A stretch of DNA of 64,000 nucleotides, from positions 254,429 to 318,428 of the forward strand of contig CAVPHD010000004.1 of assembly GCA_963704165.1 (NCBI GenBank), in the 5' to 3' direction. Within the stretch, counting starts at the first letter, position 1; each line of letters opens with the position of its first letter. The translations under genes were made by a program, and so were the position numbers. The notes below the pieces were generated by a model that was not told the origin of the DNA, ran no database searches, and saw only the letters and a program-made list of their open reading frames with translations. The stretch is from an uncultured delta proteobacterium. Lineage in GTDB: Bacteria; Myxococcota_A; UBA9160; SZUA-336. Shown here piece by piece: positions 14,146 to 24,640 of this stretch.

Positions 14146-14895
14146 ATGGATCGCGATCGGCTCAACGCACTCCTCGAGAGCTTCGCGCGCGGCGACCTCC
14201 AACGCGAAGAGTTCATGGAGACGCTCGCGAAGCTTCCGTTTCAGATGCTGGGCGACGCGCGCGTCGATACGCATCGCTCGCTGCGAACCGGTTTTCCCGA
14301 AGTCGTTCTCGCCACCGGCAAGACCGCCGATCAGATCGCGCGGATCGTACGCGTGCTTCGCGACGCCGGCGGCGACGTTCTCGTGACGCGCGCGACGGCC
14401 GAGCAGGCGAGAGAGCTGTCCGGCACCGTTCCAGAACTCCAGTACCTGTCGGAGGCCCGCTTGATGGTGCTCCGACAGACGCCGCTCGTCGTTCGTGGGC
14501 GCGGGGTGATCGCGGTGGTCTCGGCCGGGACGTCCGACCTGCCCGTCGCCGAGGAGGCGGCCCTCATCGCAGAGCACTTCGGGAACAAGGTAGAACGCAT
14601 CTACGACGCGGGCGTGGCCGGACTGCACCGGTTGCTCGCGTCGCTCGACGTGCTGCGCGGCGCCTCGGTGGTGATCGCGATCGCGGGCATGGAGGGAGCC
14701 CTCGCTTCCGTCGTCGGCGGACTCGTGGCCGCGCCGGTGATCGCAGTGCCGACGAGCATCGGCTATGGTGCGTCCTTCGGTGGTGTCGCGGCGCTGCTCG
14801 CGATGCTCAATTCCTGCGCCGCGAACGTCACGGTGGTGAACATCGACAATGGCTTCGGAGCCGCGTACGTCGCGTCGCTCATCAACCGCGCCTGA
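14146..14895 (+). CDS. larB: Nickel-pincer cofactor biosynthesis protein LarB (PurE-like)
   Basis: RTGFPEVV, SAGTSDLPVAEEA, DAGVAGLHRL, AGMEGALASV, VPTSIGYG, VNIDNGFGAA. Confidence 0.93.
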   Translation: MDRDRLNALLESFARGDLQREEFMETLAKLPFQMLGDARVDTHRSLRTGFPEVVLATGKTADQIARIVRVLRDAGGDVLVTRATAEQARELSGTVPELQYLSEARLMVLRQTPLVVRGRGVIAVVSAGTSDLPVAEEAALIAEHFGNKVERIYDAGVAGLHRLLASLDVLRGASVVIAIAGMEGALASVVGGLVAAPVIAVPTSIGYGASFGGVAALLAMLNSCAANVTVVNIDNGFGAAYVASLINRA

Positions 14896-14902
14896 ATCCG
14901 GC

Positions 14903-16085
14903 GTGCGCGGCGATCGCGTCCTTCATTTCGACTGCTTCTCTGGCGCGTCTGGCAACATGCTGCTCGGCGCGCTCCTCGACGTCGGTGCACCGGCAGCTTC
15001 GGTGCGAAAAGCGATCGCAGGACTCGGGGTCGGGCCGGTCCGGATGAAGCTCTCTCGCGTCGAGCGCGGCCCGATCAGCTCCCGCTACGTCGCGTTCTCG
15101 GCCCGAGAGCACGACCATCACGGCCGGACCTTTCGCACGGTCCGCGCGATCCTGCGCAAGGCTCGTCTCTCCGAGCGCGTGCGCGAGCGCAGCCTCGACG
15201 TCTTCGAGCGACTCGCGCGTGCCGAGGGCCGAATTCACGGCGTTCCGATCGAGCGCGTGCACTTCCACGAGGTCGGAGCGATCGACGCGCTCGGCGACAT
15301 CGTCGGGGTCTGCGCTGCCGTGGAGTCGCTCGACGTCGCGCGCATCAGCTGCTCGCCGCTGCCCCTCGGGCGTGGCGCCGTGGCGACCGAGCACGGAACG
15401 ATCCCGCTTCCCGCACCGGCGACGCTCGAGCTCTTGCACGGTGTGCCCACCTTGCCGCTCGACGTCCGCTGGGAGACCGTCACGCCGACCGGCGCCGCAC
15501 TGCTGACGTCGCTCAGTCGACGAATTCGGCGCGATGCCCGCGCTGCGCACGCTCGCCCAGGGCTTCGGCGCGGGCGACGACCGCAAGGGCCCGCTTCCCA
15601 ATGTGCTGCGAGCGGTGCTCGGAGAACTCGAGCCGGGTCTCGGGCGCGATCACGTCGCCTTGCTCGAGACGAATCTCGACGACATGAGCCCGGAACACAT
15701 GCCGTTCCTGATGGAGCGTCTGCTCGACGACGGCGCCTTGGACGTCTCGCTCGTTCCGCAGCTGATGAAGAAGGGCCGGCCGGGCCAGCTTCTGCGCGTG
15801 CTCGCCAGACCCGCGGATGCCGATCGGCTCGCGCGCCGCGTGCTCTCGGACTCGAGCGCCCTCGGTGTGCGCGTTCAGATCGTTCCGCGACTCCTGCGTG
15901 CGCGCAGCGCGCGCACGGTGGCGACCCCGTACGGCGCGATCCGCGTCAAGCTCGCCGGACTCGAAGGCAAGGAGATCAGCGTGAAGCCCGAGTACGAGTC
16001 GTGTGCGCGAGCGGCGCGGCGTCACGGTGTGCCGATCGCGAGAGTCACGCGAGCGGCGGATCGCGCCGCGCGGGAGCTCGAATGA
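14903..16085 (+). CDS. larC: Nickel insertion protein LarC, frameshifted near 15515 (one extra base)
   Basis: FDCFSGASGNM, HFHEVGAIDA, PLPAPAT, TPTGAALL; continues in the +1 frame as VDEFGAMP...LETNLDDMSPE...MKKGRPG...KPEYE. Confidence 0.9.
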
Positions 16086-16843
16086 AGGCCGACGGAACCG
16101 CCTTTCGACTCGGCGACCCGCGCGGTGGCGCCGCGCCCGCCGTGCTCTGCGTCCACGGTCTCACCGGCACGCCCTACGAAGTTCGGCCCCCGGCCGAAGC
16201 GCTGGCCGAGGCCGGGTTCTTCTGCGAAGGACCGGTCCTTCCCGGCCACGGCACCCGCCATCAAGATCTGGCTTCGACGCCGCGCGACGCCTGGGTCGGA
16301 GCCGTCGTTGCCGCACACGACTCCCTCGCCGATCGACACGAACGTGTGTACGTCCTCGGTCTCTCGCTGGGCGGACTCCTGGCTCTATCGCTCGCGCAGC
16401 GACGGGCGGTTTCGGCCGCGGTCGTGCTGGCCGCTCCGATCGACCTCGGGCCGTTGATTCGGAACGCCGTGCCCTGGCTCTGGCCGCTCGTGCGATCGCT
16501 TCCGAAGACGCCCGCGATCTTCGACGACGCCGCACGGGAGCGTCATCCGGGTTACGACCGGATGCCGATGCGTGCGGTGAACGAGCTGATCCGTCTCGCG
16601 CGCGAGGTCGAACGCGATCTGCGCGAGGTGCGCGCCCCGGTTCAGCTCATCTTCAGCCGACGTGACCCGACCGTTCCCGTTCACAACGCCGAGCGGATCC
16701 TATCCGCGCTACCGCCCGGCGATCGAGAACTCCACTGGCTCGAGAATTCCGCACACGTGCTGCCCGTGGATCGGGAGCGCGACCTGGTCGCCCGCCGAGT
16801 GGTCGAGTTCCTGCTTCGGCAGGAGAAAACTGCGAGTGGTTGA
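16082..16843 (+). CDS. Alpha/beta hydrolase (carboxylesterase/lipase-like)
   Basis: LCVHGLTGTP, LPGHGT, nucleophile GLSLGG, DPTVP, SAHVL triad spacing. Confidence 0.9.
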   Translation: MKADGTAFRLGDPRGGAAPAVLCVHGLTGTPYEVRPPAEALAEAGFFCEGPVLPGHGTRHQDLASTPRDAWVGAVVAAHDSLADRHERVYVLGLSLGGLLALSLAQRRAVSAAVVLAAPIDLGPLIRNAVPWLWPLVRSLPKTPAIFDDAARERHPGYDRMPMRAVNELIRLAREVERDLREVRAPVQLIFSRRDPTVPVHNAERILSALPPGDRELHWLENSAHVLPVDRERDLVARRVVEFLLRQEKTASG

Positions 16844-16868
16844 CGGCAGCGTCCGGGCTGGGAATCCT
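16840..16868 (+). promoter_or_regulatory. Putative sigma70 promoter of the histone gene
   Basis: TTGACG-N17-AATCCT about 40 nt upstream of the ATG; weak -10. Confidence 0.4.
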
Positions 16869-16907
16869 AGGACACGAACCACGAACGGTTCCGGGGGCGA
16901 AGACGTA

Positions 16908-17120
16908 ATGGCGGAGATTCCCGCGGCCGCAGTGAAGCGGCTGCTGACCAAGCATGGCAGTGAACTGAGAACGTCCGGGACGGCAGTCGAGCTGGCCGTG
17001 GCCGCAGCTGAAGAGTACATCGCGCGGCTCGCCCAAGAGGCGAGCGCATCGGCTCAGCGCGAGAAGCGCAAGACGATCATGGACGACGACATCAAGAAGG
17101 CCCGGCAGGTCGTCGGCTAG
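16908..17120 (+). CDS. Histone-fold protein, archaeal HMf-like singlet
   Basis: MAEIPAAAVKRLL...RTS...(33 aa)...RKTIMDDDIKKA matches the HMf pattern ELP...R...RVS...RKTIxxED. Confidence 0.85.
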   Translation: MAEIPAAAVKRLLTKHGSELRTSGTAVELAVAAAEEYIARLAQEASASAQREKRKTIMDDDIKKARQVVG

Positions 17121-18471
17121 GGGTCGCCTTCGACTCTCGATCGCTCCGCTCCGCGAGCGCCTCGATCACGCGAATCCAGCGTGGCTCGCCGCCGTCGAGA
17201 AAACTGCGAAAGCGGATTCCCGCGAGCACGCTGGCGTAGCCCGGAAGCGTCACGCGCGACATCACGTCGCCTTCGACCTCGATCGGAGCGAACGGGGAAG
17301 GCAGGTCGATCCGGTAGCGCTCGACCGCGCCCGGCAGGATGTCTCGACGCGTGCGCAGACAGACTCCACCGCGAGCGACGAGCTCGGTGAGTTCATCCCA
17401 GTTCTCCGCGGTGGAATCGGTATGCACCACGAGGCGCGCCGGGAAGCGCCGGTATCGTCGATGGGCTGCGTGGTCGAGGAGGTCGAGCAGCGGCTTCTCG
17501 AGTTCTTCCCAACGAAGCGGCTTTGCGACGTAGAGAGCCGCACCCGCATCGCGCGCGGCCGATCGATTCGCGTTGCTCTCGCGTTCGTCGATGAGCACGA
17601 TCGGCAACGTCTCCAGCCCCGGAAGCTCGCGAAATCGCATCGCCAGCTCGAAGCCATCCGCCCGACCCAGACGCACGTCGATGAACAAGAGCGGGTAGCT
17701 CGTCTCGCGGAACGCGGCGAGTCCGCGGGCGGGATCGCGAAGGAGGTCGAGTTCGATCGACCGCTCGGCCAGGTGGCTCTGCAGGCCGGCGAGCGCCTCG
17801 GGTGAGGATGTGACCGCAAGCACCCGGCGTACGCGCTTGGATGAAATCGGGCGTGCATCGCCGGGCGGAGATGGTGCGGGCACGAGTGCACTGCGTGCGG
17901 CTCGCTCGCGCATCGCCGATCCGATGGAGAGCGCGAGGTCATTCGCGGTTTCGAGACTCGCGAGCGGTCGGTAGCGCCGCTCGCTCGGGTCCGTGAGCGA
18001 GCGCGCGGAGAGCTCGCCGCTGCTCGGCAGCAAGAGCTCGCGAGGCGAACGCACCTCGATCGCCCCCGCCGTCTCGTCGAGAAAGCGAAGTCGAGCGCCA
18101 CCCGCGGCCAGCTCCGTCGGCGCGCGCACGCGTTGGAGCCACACGAGTGCCTCGCCGAGGTCCCGAAGTGCGGATGCCCAGGCACGCCGCAGGACGGCCT
18201 CGATGTCCGCGGCCGACTCGCAGCGCGTGACGTCGAGGGCGGGTAGGTCGAAGAAGATCGCCGGGTGGAACAGCTTCAGCCGGTTGTGGCCCAGGGTGTA
18301 GAAACGCACCCGCTCGATCACGATCGGCCGAGGGGAGAGTGTCTCGAGCGGCGTGGGCCCGAGCGGCAGCGAGCCCTCGGCCGACGTGGCCCCGCGAGCA
18401 AGCTCCACGCTGAGCCCGAATGCGCGCAAGCGCTGCACCAGGAACTCCGCGTGACGTTCGGCGAACGACAT
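17092..18471 (-). CDS. Unknown N-terminal domain + receiver domain + PilZ-like domain
   Basis: LLFIDVRLGRADGFEL...YVAKP receiver; RRYRRF RxxxR followed by ARGGVCL PilZ-like strands. Confidence 0.75.
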   Translation of the reverse strand: MSFAERHAEFLVQRLRAFGLSVELARGATSAEGSLPLGPTPLETLSPRPIVIERVRFYTLGHNRLKLFHPAIFFDLPALDVTRCESAADIEAVLRRAWASALRDLGEALVWLQRVRAPTELAAGGARLRFLDETAGAIEVRSPRELLLPSSGELSARSLTDPSERRYRPLASLETANDLALSIGSAMRERAARSALVPAPSPPGDARPISSKRVRRVLAVTSSPEALAGLQSHLAERSIELDLLRDPARGLAAFRETSYPLLFIDVRLGRADGFELAMRFRELPGLETLPIVLIDERESNANRSAARDAGAALYVAKPLRWEELEKPLLDLLDHAAHRRYRRFPARLVVHTDSTAENWDELTELVARGGVCLRTRRDILPGAVERYRIDLPSPFAPIEVEGDVMSRVTLPGYASVLAGIRFRSFLDGGEPRWIRVIEALAERSDRESKATPSRRPAGPS

Positions 18472-18567
18472 CCCGCCTTCGCTCCCCCGGAGTCTCCATC
18501 GGCGAGGCTCCGGGGGGGCTGAAGGCTTGGACTGGGACTCGGCCTTGGGCCCGAATCCCGGCTCGAC

Positions 18568-20488
<1,921 letters not shown>

Positions 20489-20518
20489 GGTGCCGTTCTC
20501 CCTCTCGCGTTCGGTTGG

Positions 20519-20545
20519 TTGGCACTCTCGAAGTCGGAGTGCCAG
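20519..20545. promoter_or_regulatory. CIRCE element (HrcA operator) upstream of groES
   Basis: TTGGCACTC-N9-GAGTGCCAG versus consensus TTAGCACTC-N9-GAGTGCTAA; 30 nt upstream of groES; hrcA is in the window. Confidence 0.9.
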
Positions 20546-20578
20546 GCGCGGGCGAAGGTACGGCCGTCGCGATCGAAG

Positions 20579-22438
20579 TCAACGCCCCGCAGGGAGCGGC
20601 GGAAGGCCTTCGAGTCGCTTCAGAATCGCCTCCGGGCGCGAGAACGGCCCGCGAGGAATCGCCCGCTCGAGCGCGGTCCGTGCGCGCGGCAGATCGCCGA
20701 TCGCCTGGTAGGCGATCGACTCGAAGAGACGGAGAGACTGCGTCGAACGCGGCTCGGCTTCGATCCCGCGTCGGATCGCCTCGGCAATTCCCGCCGGGTC
20801 GTTCTCGCGCGCGTGAACGTCCGCGAGCTGCCCGTAGGCTCGAACGAAGAGCGGCTCGCGCTCGATCACGGCTTCGATCAGTGCGCGGCCATCGGCCATT
20901 CGCCCGGCGTCGAGCGCGGTGACGGCGCGCACGAGGAGCCAGTCCGGCTCGTCTCGCAAGACCTCGTCGGGCGAGGGCAGCGCTCGCCGCAGGCGCGGTG
21001 AGTTCGGGGGCAGGAGGATGGTCGCGACCAGATCCGAATAGACCACTCGCCAACCGTGCCGCGGACTCGAGAGTGCGTCGGCGAGTCGGCCCGAGCCGTA
21101 GGGGATCAGGGCGGCATCCACCGGGTACTGCGCCAGCCTCGCGGCGAGCCCATCGCGTGCCGCGCTGAGCGCGAGGTAGTCGAGATAGGTCTTGTCGTCG
21201 TAGAGCGTGTTTGCGCGGCCGTCGATGAAGACCTTGAACTCCGGAGCGTGAAGCATCACGTAACCGCCCCAGTTGTAGTGATTGAGCAGGCGAGGGCCGG
21301 GATCGAGGGCGCGCAGGTAGCGAAGCGCCGCGCGCGGATAGAGCTGTGACTCGGTCCAGCGCTCCAGCAATCCCGGAGTGAGTCGGACGTCGCGCCACAA
21401 TCCGCCGGCGATCAGAAGCGCTGCGAGGGGTGCTGCGGCCAGAATGCGCCCGGCGAGCGGGGCCGGCACACGCCCCAGGACTTGATCGCGAATCGCCGTG
21501 AGCAGCCCGGCGAGCAGCGGCAGCGCCGTGAGCGCGAAGAGGGGAATGAACCGGCGCGAGGTGAGCGCCATCGCGCAAGAGACTCCCGCGAGCAAGACGA
21601 GGTAGACGTCGCGCTGCCGTCGGCGAAGCTCGAGAACCGCAGCGGCGACGGTCGCGCCGAGCAGCCAGGTGAATCGGCCCGAGAAGCCGCGCACGTCGAG
21701 GCTGAAGCCGGGTGGTTGCCACTCGAGGATCTCGCGAAACGGCGAGCTCGAGTCGAGATAGGCGACGGGATACTCGAGGATCCGCCAGCCCCACGGGTTG
21801 CAGAGGAACGCGAGTCCCGTGAGCGTGACTCCGATCCAGAGCCGCGCGTCGATCGAAACCCTCCGCGCCGAGACCGACGCGCGGGCGGTCTCGACCAGAG
21901 CGAAGAGGCCGATCGCGCCAAAGCCGAATACGAAGCCACCGTGCAGATTGCACCAGAGCGCCATCAGCGGCGGCCAGAGCCAGGGCGCCCATCGCTTCTG
22001 GCGCGTCCACAGAACGAAAGCGACGAAGAGCAGGGTCAGCTCGTGCGGGCGGATGTCGAGAAACCAGTGCGAGGTCGCTGCGGCCGCCCAAAGAGCGCCG
22101 CCAGCGCCCAACGCGGAGCCGCAATGCCGCCGCGCGACCTCGAACCCGGCTGAGAACGTCGCCAGCAGCAGTCCGAGGTTCGCCCATGCGACGACCTGCG
22201 GATCGATTTCGTAGGCGAGCCAGTAGCCGACACCCCAGACCCACTCGTGATGCATCCACGGACGGCCCGCGAAGGTGAACGAGAAGTGATCGACGGTCGG
22301 CAGTTGCAGGCCCTGCCAGATCTCGCGGCCGGCAGCGAGGTGCCACCAGAGGTCCGAGCCCGCAACGGAAGGCTGAAACCAGGCCGCGGCGCCGAGGATC
22401 GCCGCCAGGGCTGCGACCCAGCGATTGATTTTCGCCAT
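20579..22438 (-). CDS. Polytopic membrane protein with DLWWHL loop (GT-C-like hypothetical family) and C-terminal TPR
   Basis: About 11 hydrophobic segments; SDLWWHLAAGREI, WCNLHGGF, FIDGRANTLY; TPR-like helical tail. ATG at 22438. Confidence 0.7.
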   Translation of the reverse strand: MAKINRWVAALAAILGAAAWFQPSVAGSDLWWHLAAGREIWQGLQLPTVDHFSFTFAGRPWMHHEWVWGVGYWLAYEIDPQVVAWANLGLLLATFSAGFEVARRHCGSALGAGGALWAAAATSHWFLDIRPHELTLLFVAFVLWTRQKRWAPWLWPPLMALWCNLHGGFVFGFGAIGLFALVETARASVSARRVSIDARLWIGVTLTGLAFLCNPWGWRILEYPVAYLDSSSPFREILEWQPPGFSLDVRGFSGRFTWLLGATVAAAVLELRRRQRDVYLVLLAGVSCAMALTSRRFIPLFALTALPLLAGLLTAIRDQVLGRVPAPLAGRILAAAPLAALLIAGGLWRDVRLTPGLLERWTESQLYPRAALRYLRALDPGPRLLNHYNWGGYVMLHAPEFKVFIDGRANTLYDDKTYLDYLALSAARDGLAARLAQYPVDAALIPYGSGRLADALSSPRHGWRVVYSDLVATILLPPNSPRLRRALPSPDEVLRDEPDWLLVRAVTALDAGRMADGRALIEAVIEREPLFVRAYGQLADVHARENDPAGIAEAIRRGIEAEPRSTQSLRLFESIAYQAIGDLPRARTALERAIPRGPFSRPEAILKRLEGLPPLPAGR

Positions 22439-22460
22439 TCTTTCGGCTAGCGTCGATCCC

Positions 22461-22489
22461 CGAAAGTCATTCACCGCCGAGGACTTTCG
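22461..22489. repeat. Perfect 8-bp inverted repeat CGAAAGTC-N13-GACTTTCG in the divergent intergenic region before lexA
   Basis: Read directly from the sequence. Confidence 0.8.
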
Positions 22490-22539
22490 CAGGTTAGAGT
22501 AGGAAGGCGCGCCCCGGTCCCGGGGCTACGGGGGTTCGA

Positions 22540-23142
22540 ATGCATCTCACCAAGCGACAGAAAGAGATCTTCGATTTCATCTGCGAGTACTTGGAACGAG
22601 AAGGGTACGCACCCAGCCTCGAGGAAATCGGCGAGCGCTTCGGGCTCTCGTCGGTGGCGACGGTTCACAAGCACGTGCAGAACCTCGTCGAAAAGAATCT
22701 GCTGCGGAAGGCCTGGAATCGCAGTCGCTCGATCGAGGTCGTTCGCGACGAGCCGGCGCCGACGAGTATCGAGATCCCTCTGCTCGGGCGCGTCGCCGCG
22801 GGACGGCCGATCGAAGCGATCGAAGTTCCGGACACGATCGCCGTCCCGCCCGACATGGTCGCGCGCCGAGACTGCTTCGCACTTCGGGTCGCCGGTGACT
22901 CGATGATCGATGATCACATCGTCGACGGCGACGTGGTCGTGCTCGAAGCGCGCAAGACGCCGCGCACGGGAGAGACGGTCGTCGCGCTGATCCGAGGCGA
23001 GGAGTGCACACTGAAGCGCTTCTTCCAGGACGGGGGAAAGGTACGGCTCGTGCCCGCGAACGCGATGCTCTCGCCCATGGAGTTTCCGGCCGAGGACGTC
23101 CAGGTGCAGGGCGTCGTGATCGGGCTGGTCCGAAACTTCTGA
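22540..23142 (+). CDS. lexA: SOS repressor LexA
   Basis: LTKRQKEI...PSLEEIG...SVATVHKH, cleavage site VAAG, catalytic GDSM and CTLKR. Confidence 0.96.
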   Translation: MHLTKRQKEIFDFICEYLEREGYAPSLEEIGERFGLSSVATVHKHVQNLVEKNLLRKAWNRSRSIEVVRDEPAPTSIEIPLLGRVAAGRPIEAIEVPDTIAVPPDMVARRDCFALRVAGDSMIDDHIVDGDVVVLEARKTPRTGETVVALIRGEECTLKRFFQDGGKVRLVPANAMLSPMEFPAEDVQVQGVVIGLVRNF

Positions 23143-23173
23143 ACCGGATCGAGCGTTCGAGGCTGCGACGATC

Positions 23174-23524
23174 GTGCTGATCACCCGCCGCATGGAGTTC
23201 TCGGCCTCGTATCGCGACGGATCGGGCGCCACGTCAGGGCACAATTGGGAACTCGAGGTGACGCTCTCGGGTCCCGTCGACGAAGAGACCGGGATGGTGA
23301 TCGACCTCAAGGACCTCAAGGAGGTCATGGAGCGCGAAGTCGAGGCACGCTTCGACCATCGGTCCCTGAACGACGACACGCCGTACTTTCTCGACCGCCC
23401 CCCGACGCCCGAGGGCTTTGCCGTGCTGATCTTCGAGCTGCTCGACAAGGCCCTGCCCATCGGCCTCCTGCACCGCATACGGCTCAGCCCGACGCGTGAC
23501 CTGACGGTCGAGGTAGACCGGTGA
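23174..23524 (+). CDS. 6-pyruvoyl-tetrahydropterin synthase/QueD-family protein, copy 1 (degenerate zinc site)
   Basis: [36 protein letters not shown]. Confidence 0.85.
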   Translation: MLITRRMEFSASYRDGSGATSGHNWELEVTLSGPVDEETGMVIDLKDLKEVMEREVEARFDHRSLNDDTPYFLDRPPTPEGFAVLIFELLDKALPIGLLHRIRLSPTRDLTVEVDR

Positions 23525-23907
23525 TCCGCACGATACGACGCTACGGGTTCTCGGCTGCGCACGTGCTCGCACGTTCGGATTGGAGCGACGCGCGAAACCA
23601 GAGCGTATACGGGAAGTGTGCGAACCCGGCGGGACACGGTCACAACTACCGGATCGAGCTCACGCTCGAGAACGTCAGCGCGCCGGGAAGTGCGATCGAC
23701 GAGATCGTCGAGCGACGCCTCATCACGGAACTCGACGCGCGCCTGCTGAACGAGCAGGTCGCGGCCTTCGAGCGTGTCGTACCGACGGCGGAGAACATCG
23801 CGCGGCACATCTGGGATACGCTCGGCTCGGCGCTCGCGCCGACGCGCCTGGCCAGTGTGCGCCTGATCGAGACGAGCAAGAACTCGGTCGAGTACTTCGG
23901 GAGCTGA
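23521..23907 (+). CDS. 6-pyruvoyl-tetrahydropterin synthase/QueD-family protein, copy 2
   Basis: [31 protein letters not shown]. Confidence 0.9.
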   Translation: MIRTIRRYGFSAAHVLARSDWSDARNQSVYGKCANPAGHGHNYRIELTLENVSAPGSAIDEIVERRLITELDARLLNEQVAAFERVVPTAENIARHIWDTLGSALAPTRLASVRLIETSKNSVEYFGS

Positions 23908-23915
23908 CGGCACAG

Positions 23916-24470
23916 ATGAGCAGGGTCGAGGAGTTGATCGAAGAGCTGCTGCGCGAGATCGGCGAGGATCCCGCGCGCGAGGGACTTCAGCGCACGCCCG
24001 GCCGCGTGGCTCGATCCTTCGAGTTCCTCACGCAGGGGTATCAGCTCGATCCTCAGAAGATCCTGAACGAGGCGGTCTTCGAGGAGTCCTACAACGAGAT
24101 GCTGATCGTGAAGGACATCGACTTCTACAGCCTCTGCGAGCACCACATGCTGCCCTTTTTCGGTCGGGCGCACGTGGCCTACGTGCCCAACGGTCGGATC
24201 GTCGGCCTTTCGAAGATCCCGCGGCTGGTCGAGATGTACTCCCGGCGGCTGCAGGTGCAGGAGCGGCTGACCAACGACATCGCGAACGTGATTGAGAAAG
24301 TTCTGCAACCGCGAGGAGTTGCGGTGATCATCGAAGCCCAGCACCTGTGCATGATGATGCGCGGAGTGCAGAAGCAGAACTCGTCCGCGATCTCGAGCGC
24401 GATGCTCGGGGAGTTCGAATCCGACTCCAAGACGCGGGCCGAGTTCGTGCATCTGATCCACAAGTCCTGA
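23916..24470 (+). CDS. folE: GTP cyclohydrolase I
   Basis: [46 protein letters not shown]. Confidence 0.97.
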   Translation: MSRVEELIEELLREIGEDPAREGLQRTPGRVARSFEFLTQGYQLDPQKILNEAVFEESYNEMLIVKDIDFYSLCEHHMLPFFGRAHVAYVPNGRIVGLSKIPRLVEMYSRRLQVQERLTNDIANVIEKVLQPRGVAVIIEAQHLCMMMRGVQKQNSSAISSAMLGEFESDSKTRAEFVHLIHKS

Positions 24471-24611
24471 AGCGCTCGAATCGACTTACGGCGGGGTGCG
24501 TCAGAGCCGGCGTGTCAGGTTGGAGTCGGGGCGAAATTGCCTGTCGAAGAGAGCCCATCGAGACCTGGCAAGTCCTTGTACGCCGAGGTGCGGAGGCTTC
24601 GATCTTCTTTC

Positions 24612-24640
24612 TTGACAGGGAGGCTCAAGTCTCATAGGGT
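24612..24640 (+). promoter_or_regulatory. Putative sigma70 promoter about 260 nt upstream of the sigma factor gene
   Basis: TTGACA-N17-TAGGGT. Confidence 0.65.

Noticed and set aside
14849-16843. Apparent 664-aa LarC-esterase fusion in the ORF track
   Set aside because: Artefact of the extra base near 15515. The middle of the ORF is out-of-frame junk, and the esterase has its own ATG at 16082 overlapping the larC stop.
22530-22545. GGTTCGAAT resembling a tRNA T-loop (also near 26545)
   Set aside because: No cloverleaf can be built around either site
24490-24560. Possible SRP RNA or other known ncRNA after folE
   Set aside because: Lacks the conserved CAGG...GGAA...AGCAG helix-8 pattern
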